A DNA stretch of 30,342 nucleotides. It comes from Actinomycetota bacterium (GTDB taxonomy: Bacteria > Actinomycetota > Actinomycetes > Actinomycetales > Microbacteriaceae). The notes under the pieces were generated by a model. That model was not told the origin of the DNA. It made no database searches and was given only the letters and a program-made list of their open reading frames with translations. The position numbers and the translations under genes were made by a program. Below are positions 16,340 through 25,171 of this stretch, in pieces (within the stretch, counting starts at the first letter, position 1; the number at the start of each line of letters is the position of its first letter). The stretch lies in the NCBI GenBank assembly GCA_039795475.1, contig JBDKLU010000031.1, positions 1 through 30,342 of the forward strand. Reading direction: 5' to 3'.

Positions 16340-18247
16340 CTAGTCGTTCTGCTTCTTGAGACGGCTCGCTGCGCGGGCACGCTCGGTTGCGTCGAGGTTG
16401 ACCTTGCGGATACGAACTTTCTCTGGAGTAACCTCAACGCACTCGTCTTCACGGGCAAACTCGAGGCACTCTTCGAGAGAAAGGATGCGCGAAGGCGTCA
16501 TCGACTCGAAAGAGTCAGCCGAAGCGGCACGCATGTTGGTGAGCTTCTTTTCTTTGGTGATGTTGACGTCCATGTCGTCGGCGCGTGAGTTCTCGCCGAT
16601 GACCATACCTTCGTATACCTCATCACCGGGCTCGACGAAGAACGACATACGCTCCTGCAGACCAGTGATGGCGAAGGGGGTGACAACACCTGAGCGGTCA
16701 GAAACGATCGAACCGTTCTGACGGGTAACTATCTGACCAGCCCACTCGTCGTATCCGTGCGAGATGGCGTTGGCGATACCGGTTCCACGGGTGATGGTGA
16801 GGAATTCGGTACGGAAACCGATCAGACCACGCGAAGGAACGATGAACTCCATACGAACCCAGCCAGTGCCGTGGTTGACCATCGACTCCATGCGTCCCTT
16901 GCGGGCAGCCATGAGCTGAGTGATGGCACCGAGGTGCTCATCGGGGGTGTCGATGGTGAGGTGCTCGTAAGGCTCGTGAGTTTTGCCGTCAACCTTCTTC
17001 GTAACTACCTGAGGCTTTCCAACGGTGAGCTCGAAGCCTTCACGACGCATGTTTTCGACGAGGATGGCGAGAGCGAGCTCTCCACGACCCTGTACTTCCC
17101 ACGCGTCGGGAGCTCCGATGTCTACGACGTTGAGCGAAACGTTACCGATGAGCTCACGGTCGAGACGCTCCTTGACCATACGAGCGGTGAGCTTGTGGCC
17201 CTTGACCTTGCCAACGAGAGGCGAGGTGTTAGCACCAATGGTCATCGAGATCGCGGGGTCATCCACGGTGATTGCGGGAAGCGGACGAACGTCTTCTGGG
17301 TCTGCGAGGGTCTCACCAATGGTGATGTCTTCAATACCTGCGACGGCGACGATGTCACCGGGGCCCGCGTTCTCGGCTGGGAAGCGCTCGAGCGCCTTGG
17401 TGATCAGCAGCTCGGTAATGCGAACGTTCGAAACGGTTCCATCGTGCTTGACCCATGCGACGGTCTGGCCCTTCTTGATCGTGCCGTTGAAGACACGAAG
17501 AAGTGCGAGACGACCAAGGAACGGCGAGGCGTCGAGGTTGGTGACGTGAGCCTGGAGCGGTGCCTCGTCGTCGTAGGACGGCGCAGGGATGTGCTGAAGA
17601 ATCGCTTCGAAGAGTGGTTCGAGGTTGTCGTTGTCGGGAAGCGAACCATTTGCAGGCTTGGTGTGGCTAGCGGCGCCAGCGCGGCCCGAAGCGTAAACAA
17701 CAGGAACGTTGAGCACTGCGTCGAGGTCAAGGTCTGGCATGTCTTCGTGCAGGTCCGATGCAAGTCCGAGCAGCAGGTCCTGGCTCTCGCCGACGACCTC
17801 ATCGATGCGGGCATCCGGACGGTCGGTCTTGTTGACCAGAAGAATAACGGGCAGTGTTGCCTCGAGTGCCTTACGAAGAACGAATCGGGTCTGCGGAAGC
17901 GGACCTTCCGATGCGTCAACGAGAAGGACAACGCCATCGACCATCGACAGACCACGCTCAACCTCGCCACCGAAGTCGGCGTGACCCGGGGTGTCAATAA
18001 CGTTGATGGTGATGGGGCCATTGGTGGCGTGCTTGCCCTCGTACGAGACCGCGGTGTTCTTCGCGAGGATGGTGATTCCCTTTTCGCGTTCGAGGTCGTT
18101 CGAGTCCATCATGCGGTCTTCGGCGGCGAAGTGCGCGTCGAAGGAGTTGGTCTGCTTGAGCATGGCATCGACCAGGGTGGTCTTACCGTGGTCAACGTGG
18201 GCAACGATTGCGACGTTGCGCAGGTCTGAGCGAAGGGCGTGCGCCAT
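16340..18247 (-). CDS. typA: Translational GTPase TypA/BipA
   Basis: RNVAIVAHVDHGKTT, EREKGITILAKN, DTPGHADFGGEVER, NKTD and GRGELAL. True start ATG 18247 with RBS AAAGGA; the track's 67-codon extension covers the promoter and the oppD end. Confidence 0.97.
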   Translation of the reverse strand: MAHALRSDLRNVAIVAHVDHGKTTLVDAMLKQTNSFDAHFAAEDRMMDSNDLEREKGITILAKNTAVSYEGKHATNGPITINVIDTPGHADFGGEVERGLSMVDGVVLLVDASEGPLPQTRFVLRKALEATLPVILLVNKTDRPDARIDEVVGESQDLLLGLASDLHEDMPDLDLDAVLNVPVVYASGRAGAASHTKPANGSLPDNDNLEPLFEAILQHIPAPSYDDEAPLQAHVTNLDASPFLGRLALLRVFNGTIKKGQTVAWVKHDGTVSNVRITELLITKALERFPAENAGPGDIVAVAGIEDITIGETLADPEDVRPLPAITVDDPAISMTIGANTSPLVGKVKGHKLTARMVKERLDRELIGNVSLNVVDIGAPDAWEVQGRGELALAILVENMRREGFELTVGKPQVVTKKVDGKTHEPYEHLTIDTPDEHLGAITQLMAARKGRMESMVNHGTGWVRMEFIVPSRGLIGFRTEFLTITRGTGIANAISHGYDEWAGQIVTRQNGSIVSDRSGVVTPFAITGLQERMSFFVEPGDEVYEGMVIGENSRADDMDVNITKEKKLTNMRAASADSFESMTPSRILSLEECLEFAREDECVEVTPEKVRIRKVNLDATERARAASRLKKQND

Positions 18248-18348
18248 GAAAGTTTCCTTTGCTGTGGCGTCCGTGCGCCACGAGTGATCATGCCCCGAAG
18301 AATCAACATCGATATGTCGCACAAAATGGCGCAACAAAGGGCGCTTTA

Positions 18349-18354
18349 AGTATA
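18349..18354 (-). promoter_or_regulatory. typA -10 (TATACT)
   Basis: Near-consensus hexamer implying a ~95-nt 5' UTR. Confidence 0.6.
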
Positions 18355-18383
18355 GGTTGACGCTGGCCCTGCCCCTGACGAGG

Positions 18384-20072
18384 TTAGACGCCGAGTCGGA
18401 TGTTCGCGCCGGGAATCGCTTCGAGCAAGTTCTTCGTGTACTGCTCACGCGGGTTGTCGAAAATCTCGTTTGTCGTTCCCGCTTCGACGATCTGACCCTT
18501 GTTCATGACACAGACTTCATCAGCGATAACGCGAACTACTGCCAGGTCGTGGGTGATGAACAGGTACGTCAGTCCGAGCTCGCTCTGCAACTCACTCAGC
18601 AGCTGCAGAATTTGAGCCTGCACAAGTACGTCGAGCGCTGAAACCGCTTCGTCGAGAATCACGATGTCGGGCTTGAGCGCCAGTGCACGAGCGATTGCCA
18701 CGCGTTGACGCTGACCACCTGAGAGCTCTCCCGGATAACGACCTGCGATGCTCCATGGCAGAGAAACCTGCTCGAGGAGTTCACGCACGCGAGCGGTGCG
18801 TTCAGCACGGCTGCCGACTTTGTGAGTCACGAGCGGTTCAGCGATGGTGTTAGCGATATTGCGCAATGGATCGAGAGAGCCGAAGGGATCTTGGAACACG
18901 GGCTGCATGTGCCCGCGCAGAGCAAATAGCTCTTTCTTGTTCATCGACGAAATGTCTTGACCGTTGATGACGACCGACCCGGATGTCACGGATTCCAAAC
19001 CGAGGAGCATCTTGGCGACTGTGGACTTGCCAGAGCCAGACTCCCCCACCAGCGCCATCGTGGTTCCGCGCTTGATATCGAAGCTCACGCCGTCGACCGC
19101 GGTGAATGGAGTCGACTTAAAGCCGGAGCCTCGAATCGAGTAAACCTTCTTGACGTCGGTGAGCGAAATCGCAACCCCACTACCCTCGCTTCGAGCAGCA
19201 CGTCGAGCAGCGACCTCGGTGAGGTCGAACTCGGCATCTGCGTTTCCGACAGAAATGCCTGCCGAGAGACGACGGGATGCCAGCGACGGAGCGGCAGCCA
19301 CCAGTCGCTTGGTGTACGGGTGCTGCGGGTTGGTCAAAATTTCGCGGCTCGGCCCGGACTCCACGATCTTGCCGCGGTACATGACCACGAGCTGCTCAGC
19401 GCGCTCAGCTGCAAGACCGAGGTCGTGCGTGATCAAAATGACGGACGTGCCTTTTTCGCGCGTGAGCTCGTCGAGATGATCGAGGATGGTGCGCTGCACC
19501 GTGACATCGAGTGCCGATGTCGGTTCATCCGCAATGAGGAGCTTGGGGTTTGCAGAAAGACCAATACCAATCAGCACGCGCTGGCGCATACCGCCCGAGA
19601 ACTGGTGCGGGAACTGCTTGAGGCGCTTGTCTGCGTCGGAAAGACCCGCCTTGCGCAGAACCTCGATGGCGGCATCCCGAACCTCTTGCTTGCCCGTTGC
19701 GACACCGTTGGCACGAATAGCCTCTTCGACCTGGAAGCCAACTGACCACACCGGGTTGAGGTTCGACATGGGGTCTTGAGGTACGAAACCGATCTGACGA
19801 CCACGAACTTGTTCGTGTTCTTTGTCGCTTGCACCGACCAGCTCTTTGCCATCGAACATGATTGACCCGCCGGATACCTTGCCGGATCCGGGCAGGAGGT
19901 TGACGATGGCGTGTGCAGTGGTCGACTTACCCGAGCCCGACTCGCCCACAATGGCGAGGGTCTGGCCGGCGTACAGCTCGAGCGTGACACCATCAACTGC
20001 TCGAACATTTCCGTTCTGAGTCGGGAAGTCGATTTCGAGATTCTGGATGCGAAGCAGCGGTTCTTCGGTCAT
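18384..20072 (-). CDS. oppD: Peptide ABC transporter ATPase, fused double NBD (OppD-OppF type)
   Basis: Two GESGSGKS Walker A motifs, FPHQFSGGMRQR and YPGELSGGQRQR, DEPTSALD and DEAVSALD, and PQHPYT. Confidence 0.93.
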   Translation of the reverse strand: MTEEPLLRIQNLEIDFPTQNGNVRAVDGVTLELYAGQTLAIVGESGSGKSTTAHAIVNLLPGSGKVSGGSIMFDGKELVGASDKEHEQVRGRQIGFVPQDPMSNLNPVWSVGFQVEEAIRANGVATGKQEVRDAAIEVLRKAGLSDADKRLKQFPHQFSGGMRQRVLIGIGLSANPKLLIADEPTSALDVTVQRTILDHLDELTREKGTSVILITHDLGLAAERAEQLVVMYRGKIVESGPSREILTNPQHPYTKRLVAAAPSLASRRLSAGISVGNADAEFDLTEVAARRAARSEGSGVAISLTDVKKVYSIRGSGFKSTPFTAVDGVSFDIKRGTTMALVGESGSGKSTVAKMLLGLESVTSGSVVINGQDISSMNKKELFALRGHMQPVFQDPFGSLDPLRNIANTIAEPLVTHKVGSRAERTARVRELLEQVSLPWSIAGRYPGELSGGQRQRVAIARALALKPDIVILDEAVSALDVLVQAQILQLLSELQSELGLTYLFITHDLAVVRVIADEVCVMNKGQIVEAGTTNEIFDNPREQYTKNLLEAIPGANIRLGV

Positions 20073-21010
20073 CGTGACGCCCTCGCCTTCGGGTCGAGTG
20101 CCTCGCGAATAACTTCACCCATCATGATGAAGGCGAGCACAGTGATGGACAGGGCCAAAGAAGGCCAGATCAGCGTCATCGGGTTGGTGCGAATGTCACT
20201 TTGGGCTTGACTGATGTCGTTACCCCACGACATAAATGTCGAAGGAAGGCCCACACCAAGGAACGACAACGTTGCCTCGGCGACAATCGCTGCGGCCAGA
20301 GACATCGTTGTAATGACGATGACGGGTGCGATCGAGTTCGGCAGTACGTGACGCCACAGGATGCGCGTGCGACTGACACCGATGGCCGTCGATGCCATGA
20401 CAAAGTCGGAGTTCTTTACTCGCAAAATTTCTGCGCGAAGAACACGAGCTGTCGATGGCCACGCGAAAATTCCGATAGCCAACGAGATGACAAGCACGTT
20501 GCGGTGTGCGGAGAGAACCGACATGACAACGACTGCAGCCAAGATGTAGGGAATCGCGAAGAAGATGTCACCGATGCGTGACAGAACTGCGTCGATCCAC
20601 TTGCCGTAGAAGCCGGCGATAGCGCCAATGATGATGCCAACACCCATGGTCAGAATGACAACAACGATGCCCACTGACAGCGACGTGGATGTGCCGTAAA
20701 TGATGCGAGCAAAGATGTCACAGCCCTGTCGGGTGAAACCGAGTGGGTGTCCCCAGATAGGTCCTGCGTTGCTGTTCGACAGGTAACACTTATCGTTTGG
20801 CGGTTCGGCCGTGAAAATCGACGGAAACAGCGCCACGATAATCACGAGCAGGATGAGCACACCCGAGATGTAGAACATGGGGCGACGGCGCATATCGCGC
20901 CAGGCATCCAGCCAGAGATTGCTGGGCTTGGAGTCGCCGGTTACGGAGTCAACCGCCAACAGCGGTGTCTCCGAGAGCGGCGCAACGTAGTGCGGTTGTT
21001 TATTTGCCAT
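20069..21010 (-). CDS. oppC: Peptide ABC permease (OppC/DppC type)
   Basis: HPLGFTRQGCDIFARIIYG and an EAA-like loop (DFVMASTAIG...ILWRHVLPN). The likely start is ATG 21010, overlapping the oppB 3' end by 11 nt. Confidence 0.92.
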   Translation of the reverse strand: MANKQPHYVAPLSETPLLAVDSVTGDSKPSNLWLDAWRDMRRRPMFYISGVLILLVIIVALFPSIFTAEPPNDKCYLSNSNAGPIWGHPLGFTRQGCDIFARIIYGTSTSLSVGIVVVILTMGVGIIIGAIAGFYGKWIDAVLSRIGDIFFAIPYILAAVVVMSVLSAHRNVLVISLAIGIFAWPSTARVLRAEILRVKNSDFVMASTAIGVSRTRILWRHVLPNSIAPVIVITTMSLAAAIVAEATLSFLGVGLPSTFMSWGNDISQAQSDIRTNPMTLIWPSLALSITVLAFIMMGEVIREALDPKARASR

Positions 21011-21929
21011 AACGAATCCTCGGATCCAGTGCCGCATAGAGCAGGTCGGTAATGAGGTTAACGACGAGGTAGATCAGAACCATGACAGTCACGAATGACA
21101 CGACGGTTGGACCCTCACCTCGAACAATGGCCTGGTAGAGCGTGCGTCCCACACCTGGCACGTTGAAAATACCTTCGGTGACTGTGGCACCGACAAGCAG
21201 AACACCGAAGTCAACTGCAAGGAAGGTGACCACGGGAATAAGTGAGTTGCGAAGAATGTGAACGCGAACCACACGAGCCTTGGTAAGACCCTTGCTGTAG
21301 GCGGTACGGACGAAGTCTTGACCTGACGTCTCGATGACCGACGAGCGTGTGAGCCGGATGATGTACGCGATGCTCACCGTAGCCAAGACAGCTGCGGGAA
21401 GTATGAGCTCCGTCCATTCGGCGGCGCCACTGACTGTCGCTCTGGCCCAGCCAAGTTTGATGGCGATAAAAAACTGTGCGACGAAAGCGATCACGAAGAT
21501 GGGCAGCGAGATGAAGATCAGGCTGATGACCAGTGCCGACGAATCGAAAAGCTTGCCTTTGCGAAGGCCCGAAATGAGGCCAACGCCGATGCCGAAAACC
21601 ATTTCAAAGAGCAACGCGAGGATGGCGAGGCGAATGGTGACCGGGAAGGTTTGAGCCAGGATGTTGCCCACTGGCTGACCAGAGAAAGATGTGCCGAAGT
21701 CTCCACGGAAGACTCCACCGATGTAAATCAGGTACTGCACAATGAACGGTTGATCGAGGTGGTATTGCGCGCGAAGCTGCTCTGCTACCGCGGGATTGAC
21801 GCCCTTGTCACCGAACAGAGCGACGATGGGGTCACCCGGCATGGCGAAAACCATGAAGTAGATGAGAAGCGTTGTCCCGAAGAACACGGGTATCGCCTGC
21901 AGAACGCGGCGAACGATGTATCCGAACAT
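21000..21929 (-). CDS. oppB: Peptide ABC permease (OppB/DppB type)
   Basis: MFGYIVRRVLQAIPV, GDFGTS, DFVRTAYSKGL, TEGIFNVPGVG and YAALDPRIR. Confidence 0.93.
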   Translation of the reverse strand: MFGYIVRRVLQAIPVFFGTTLLIYFMVFAMPGDPIVALFGDKGVNPAVAEQLRAQYHLDQPFIVQYLIYIGGVFRGDFGTSFSGQPVGNILAQTFPVTIRLAILALLFEMVFGIGVGLISGLRKGKLFDSSALVISLIFISLPIFVIAFVAQFFIAIKLGWARATVSGAAEWTELILPAAVLATVSIAYIIRLTRSSVIETSGQDFVRTAYSKGLTKARVVRVHILRNSLIPVVTFLAVDFGVLLVGATVTEGIFNVPGVGRTLYQAIVRGEGPTVVSFVTVMVLIYLVVNLITDLLYAALDPRIRYGK

Positions 21930-21948
21930 GATGACTACCTTACGAGGA

Positions 21949-21984
21949 AATGGGGCGGTAACCGCTGTGGGTTACCGCCCCATT
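21949..21984 (-). terminator. Intercistronic stem-loop between oppA and oppB
   Basis: Perfect 15-bp inverted repeat AATGGGGCGGTAACC / GGTTACCGCCCCATT with a 6-nt loop and no U tail. Confidence 0.75.
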
Positions 21985-22007
21985 CACTGTGTCTTTGCCC
22001 TAAAGAA

Positions 22008-23600
22008 TTACTTCTTTACAACGTTGTAGAGAATCGGAACAGAGTTCCAGCCGAAGGCTACGTTCGAAACCTTCGTGCCATAACCACCGTCGGTGATTCC
22101 GTACCACATGGGGATTGCGGGCAGTTCCTTGAGAAGGATTTCCTGAGCCTGCTGGAAGTACTTGTTAGCTTCATCCAGCGACTTTGCCGAGTTGCCCTTC
22201 AGGAACAGTGCGTCAACGTCAGCGTTGGAGTACTGACCGTCGTTAGCACCTGCACCGGTCTGGTACAGCGGCTCGAGGAAGTTGGCGAGAGCCGGGTAGT
22301 CGGCCTGCCATCCCGTGCGGAACGCGGTGGCGATCGTCTTGTCGGTTACAGCCGTACGCAGTTCCTTGAAGGTTGCGTAAGGAGCACCCGAGGCGTCGAT
22401 GCCAAGCGTGTTCTTGATCTGGTTGGTGATTGCGTCAACCCAGCCCTGGTGTCCACCGTCCGAGTTGTAGGCAATCTGGAACTTGCCGCTCCACGGCGAG
22501 ATTGCGTCGGCCTTTGCCCACAGCTCTTTTGCCTTGGTTGCGTTGAAGTCAAGAACCTCCGAGCCAGGAAGCTTGTCGCTCCAACCGGCGATAACCGGCG
22601 AAGTGAAGTCCTTGGCAGGCTGGCGAGTTCCGTTGAAGATAGCCGCAATAAGCTCGGGTCGGTTGATCGACATCGAGATGGCCTGACGACGCAGGTCTCC
22701 CTCTTCACCCGAGAAGTGTGCGAGACGCTCCGGAATGGTGAAGGACTGGAAGATGGCTGCACCCTGCTCTACTGCACGGTCTCCGAGGTCTGCCTTGAAA
22801 GTCTTCAAAGCCGAGTCAGGGATACCAGCGAGAACGTCGAGGTTGTCTGCCTGAAGGTCAGCGTATGCAGCTTCGAGAGTTGCGTAGAAGACGATGTCGA
22901 GACCACCGTTGAGCGGCTTGCGAGCACCGGTGTAACCGGGGTTCTTCACCAGCTTGATGTCGACGTTGTGCTTCCATGCGCCGTTCTCAGCGAGCATGTA
23001 GGGGCCGTTTCCAATCGGGTTCTCACCGAATGCCTTGGGGTCATCGAAGAATGCCTTGGGCAGCGGGTAGAAGCCCGAGTAGCCGAGACGCAGCGGGAAG
23101 TCCGACTGCGGAGCTGCAAGCTTCACGGTGAATTCGGTGGGGCTCACAACGGTCAGACCAGTCAACGGGGTGCTCTTGTCGTACGAGAAGCCCTCGATGA
23201 TGTCGAAGTAGTAGCTGTTGAGCTGAGCGTTGTCGAGGAGAGCACCGTACTGCCATGCGTCGACGTAGCTCTGGGCGGTGACATCTTCGCCGTTGGTGAA
23301 CTTCCAACCGCTCTTGATCTTGATGGTCCAGTTGATGTTGTCCGACGAGGTGATGGACTCAGCCATGTCGTTTACTGGAGCACCCTTCGCGTCGTAATAA
23401 ACGAGACCAGCGTAGATCGAGTCGAGGATAAGTCCTCCACCGACCTCGTTGGTGTTGGTCGTTACGAGCGGGTTCTGAGGTTCGCTGCCGTTGACGGAGA
23501 TGATGTTGTCATTTCCGCCACCGCCGGCACAACCGGTCAGTGTGAGAGCGGCGACTGCTGCAACGGCAACAAGCGCGGCTCCGATTTTCATTTTTCGCAC
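22008..23600 (-). CDS. oppA: Peptide ABC substrate-binding lipoprotein (SBP family 5)
   Basis: Lipobox LTGC, IKSGWKFTNGEDVTAQ, PIGNGPY, LRRQAISMSINR and GWQADYP. GTG start with RBS AGGAGG. Confidence 0.93.
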   Translation of the reverse strand: MRKMKIGAALVAVAAVAALTLTGCAGGGGNDNIISVNGSEPQNPLVTTNTNEVGGGLILDSIYAGLVYYDAKGAPVNDMAESITSSDNINWTIKIKSGWKFTNGEDVTAQSYVDAWQYGALLDNAQLNSYYFDIIEGFSYDKSTPLTGLTVVSPTEFTVKLAAPQSDFPLRLGYSGFYPLPKAFFDDPKAFGENPIGNGPYMLAENGAWKHNVDIKLVKNPGYTGARKPLNGGLDIVFYATLEAAYADLQADNLDVLAGIPDSALKTFKADLGDRAVEQGAAIFQSFTIPERLAHFSGEEGDLRRQAISMSINRPELIAAIFNGTRQPAKDFTSPVIAGWSDKLPGSEVLDFNATKAKELWAKADAISPWSGKFQIAYNSDGGHQGWVDAITNQIKNTLGIDASGAPYATFKELRTAVTDKTIATAFRTGWQADYPALANFLEPLYQTGAGANDGQYSNADVDALFLKGNSAKSLDEANKYFQQAQEILLKELPAIPMWYGITDGGYGTKVSNVAFGWNSVPILYNVVKK

Positions 23601-23687
23601 AATGCCTCCTGGTGAGATTTGTTGCTGCCGCGTTTGTTCACGACAGCGTGCGTTTCCTTCACACTAGTCCTCTAATTGTGACTTTGT

Positions 23688-23707
23688 GAGGGGTTTGCGA
23701 GGGGTTT
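23688..23707. repeat. 9-bp direct repeat GAGGGGTTT at 11-bp period upstream of the oppA promoter
   Basis: Copies at 23688-23696 and 23699-23707. The candidate oppA -10 TAGTGT is at 23661-23666 (-). Confidence 0.5.
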
Positions 23708-23782
23708 ATCAACTCGTAATACGCACCTCGTTTTCAGGCGTCGGTCAGCGCGCAATCAGAAAACGGCGCATAGTCTGAGCAG

Positions 23783-24574
23783 GTGAATTCTTCGGTGACC
23801 CAACCATGGGATGCGCGCACGCAGCGTCGGCGCAGCATCCTTGAGATTTGGCTTGTTCTCGGCCTCTCACTCGGCGCATCTGCCGTTTACTCGATTGTTG
23901 CCGTAGTCCACCGCGTACTTGCGGATGAGTCGATCAAGAATCAAAGCGCCGTCATCAACGAACCGCTTGCTGTCGAATCGGTGTTTGATCTGATTTACCA
24001 ACTGCTGGGAATCATCACTGCGCTCGTACCGGTTGCTCTCGCGCTTTACCTTCTGTGGCAGCCCGGCACAAATCCGTTCCGACGCATCGGTCTCGACTTC
24101 ACAAGATTCGGACGCGACACCGGGCTCGGTCTCGGACTCGCCGCTCTGATCGGCATTCCCGGGATCGGTTTCTATCTGCTCGGCAATGCAATCGGCATCA
24201 CGGTCAAAATAGTTCCCACCGCGCTTGGCACCTACTGGTGGACCGTGCCGGTGCTGATCCTCGTCGCCGCACGAGCCGCCTTGCAAGAAGAAGTGATTGT
24301 TGTGGGCTTCTTGTTCACGAAGCTTCGCGAGCTGGGGTGGAAGCCGTGGCTGATCATTGGCACCAGTGCGGTGCTGCGAGGCAGCTACCACCTGTACCAA
24401 GGTTTTGGCCCCTTTGTTGGAAACGCAGTCATGGGAGTCATCTTCGGAATGGCCTACCAACGCTGGGGTCGTGTGATGCCTCTGGTGATCGCGCACTTTG
24501 TTCTTGACGTGATCTCCTTCGTCGGTTACCCCATCGTGGCCCACCTCGCTCCAGGCTTCCTGCCAGGCACCTAA
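23783..24574 (+). CDS. CPBP-family (CAAX/Abi) intramembrane glutamic endopeptidase
   Basis: LQEEVIVVG (EExxxR-like), LRGSYHLYQG and IAHFVLD motifs in a multi-TM protein. It is leaderless (TAGTCT 23771-23776, N6, GTG). Confidence 0.88.
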   Translation: MNSSVTQPWDARTQRRRSILEIWLVLGLSLGASAVYSIVAVVHRVLADESIKNQSAVINEPLAVESVFDLIYQLLGIITALVPVALALYLLWQPGTNPFRRIGLDFTRFGRDTGLGLGLAALIGIPGIGFYLLGNAIGITVKIVPTALGTYWWTVPVLILVAARAALQEEVIVVGFLFTKLRELGWKPWLIIGTSAVLRGSYHLYQGFGPFVGNAVMGVIFGMAYQRWGRVMPLVIAHFVLDVISFVGYPIVAHLAPGFLPGT

Positions 24575-24604
24575 TTCACAGCTTTGGCTCGATAGGCTGT
24601 GTGC

Positions 24605-25171
24605 ATGTTTAAGCGCCTCGTTGCCCTGCTCGCCATCGCCCTCGCGGGTACTCTCGCACTTTCTGGTTGCGCATCCGATTTGAGCTCGACCAAAAGCCTT
24701 CACGGCGAAGCAGCCAAGGCGGCTCTTACCAAAGTTGTTGCCGATTCAGAAGCCGAGTTTGCGAAGTCCGGCGGAACAGAACAGGTCACCATCGGGCAAA
24801 AGCAGTTCGGCTTGGTTTACGACCCCAGTGTGAGCGCAACGGACAAGCAGACCGCGGTCTTCGATTCGAGCACCGACGGCCCGTCTCAGTACGCGGCAAA
24901 GGGCAACATCTTCTTGCTGTCACTTTCGAAGTTGCTCTCGAGCGAGCTCTTCACCGACGCAACCTACGAGTACAAGAACAGCGGATTCACGGTAACCGGC
25001 CAGAAAGCCATCATCACCGTTCAGATTTTTGAGAACCGTGTAAACGGAACGCTGCTTCGTAGCACGGCCGCGAATGGTCCGACGCAGGCAACCATCAATA
25101 ACTACGGCGTCAACGAGATCGCGAAAGAAAAGCTCTCGACTGCAACGCCGGCCCCACCAGCGACGAACTAG
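24605..25171 (+). CDS. Uncharacterised lipoprotein (188 aa)
   Basis: Signal peptide II MFKRLVALLAIALAGTLALSG-C. TAGGCT (24593-24598)-N6-ATG 24605 favours this start over the track's GTG 24599. Confidence 0.82.
   Translation: MFKRLVALLAIALAGTLALSGCASDLSSTKSLHGEAAKAALTKVVADSEAEFAKSGGTEQVTIGQKQFGLVYDPSVSATDKQTAVFDSSTDGPSQYAAKGNIFLLSLSKLLSSELFTDATYEYKNSGFTVTGQKAIITVQIFENRVNGTLLRSTAANGPTQATINNYGVNEIAKEKLSTATPAPPATN

Noticed and set aside
16757-18229. 490-aa + strand ORF
   Set aside because: In-register antisense shadow of typA, with no motifs or initiation signals.
18248-18448. 67-aa N-terminal extension of TypA in the track
   Set aside because: It overlaps the oppD end and the typA promoter. 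Family homology and the SD point to ATG 18247.
21651-23615. 654-aa + strand ORF spanning oppA and part of oppB
   Set aside because: It is exactly codon-in-register antisense to both genes. Stops there need sense TTA/CTA/TCA codons, which are rare in GC-rich genes. It has no recognisable motifs and runs through the intercistronic hairpin.
23659-23689. TCACA/TGTGA half-sites as a CRP/GlxR box
   Set aside because: The order and spacing are wrong (TCACA-N13-TGTGA rather than TGTGA-N6-TCACA).
23867-24703. 278-aa - strand ORF, and similar shadows at 5360-6085, 15171-15638, 15802-16458 and 18957-19745
   Set aside because: All overlap well-supported genes on the other strand or in another frame, have low-complexity R/S/A composition and lack motifs.
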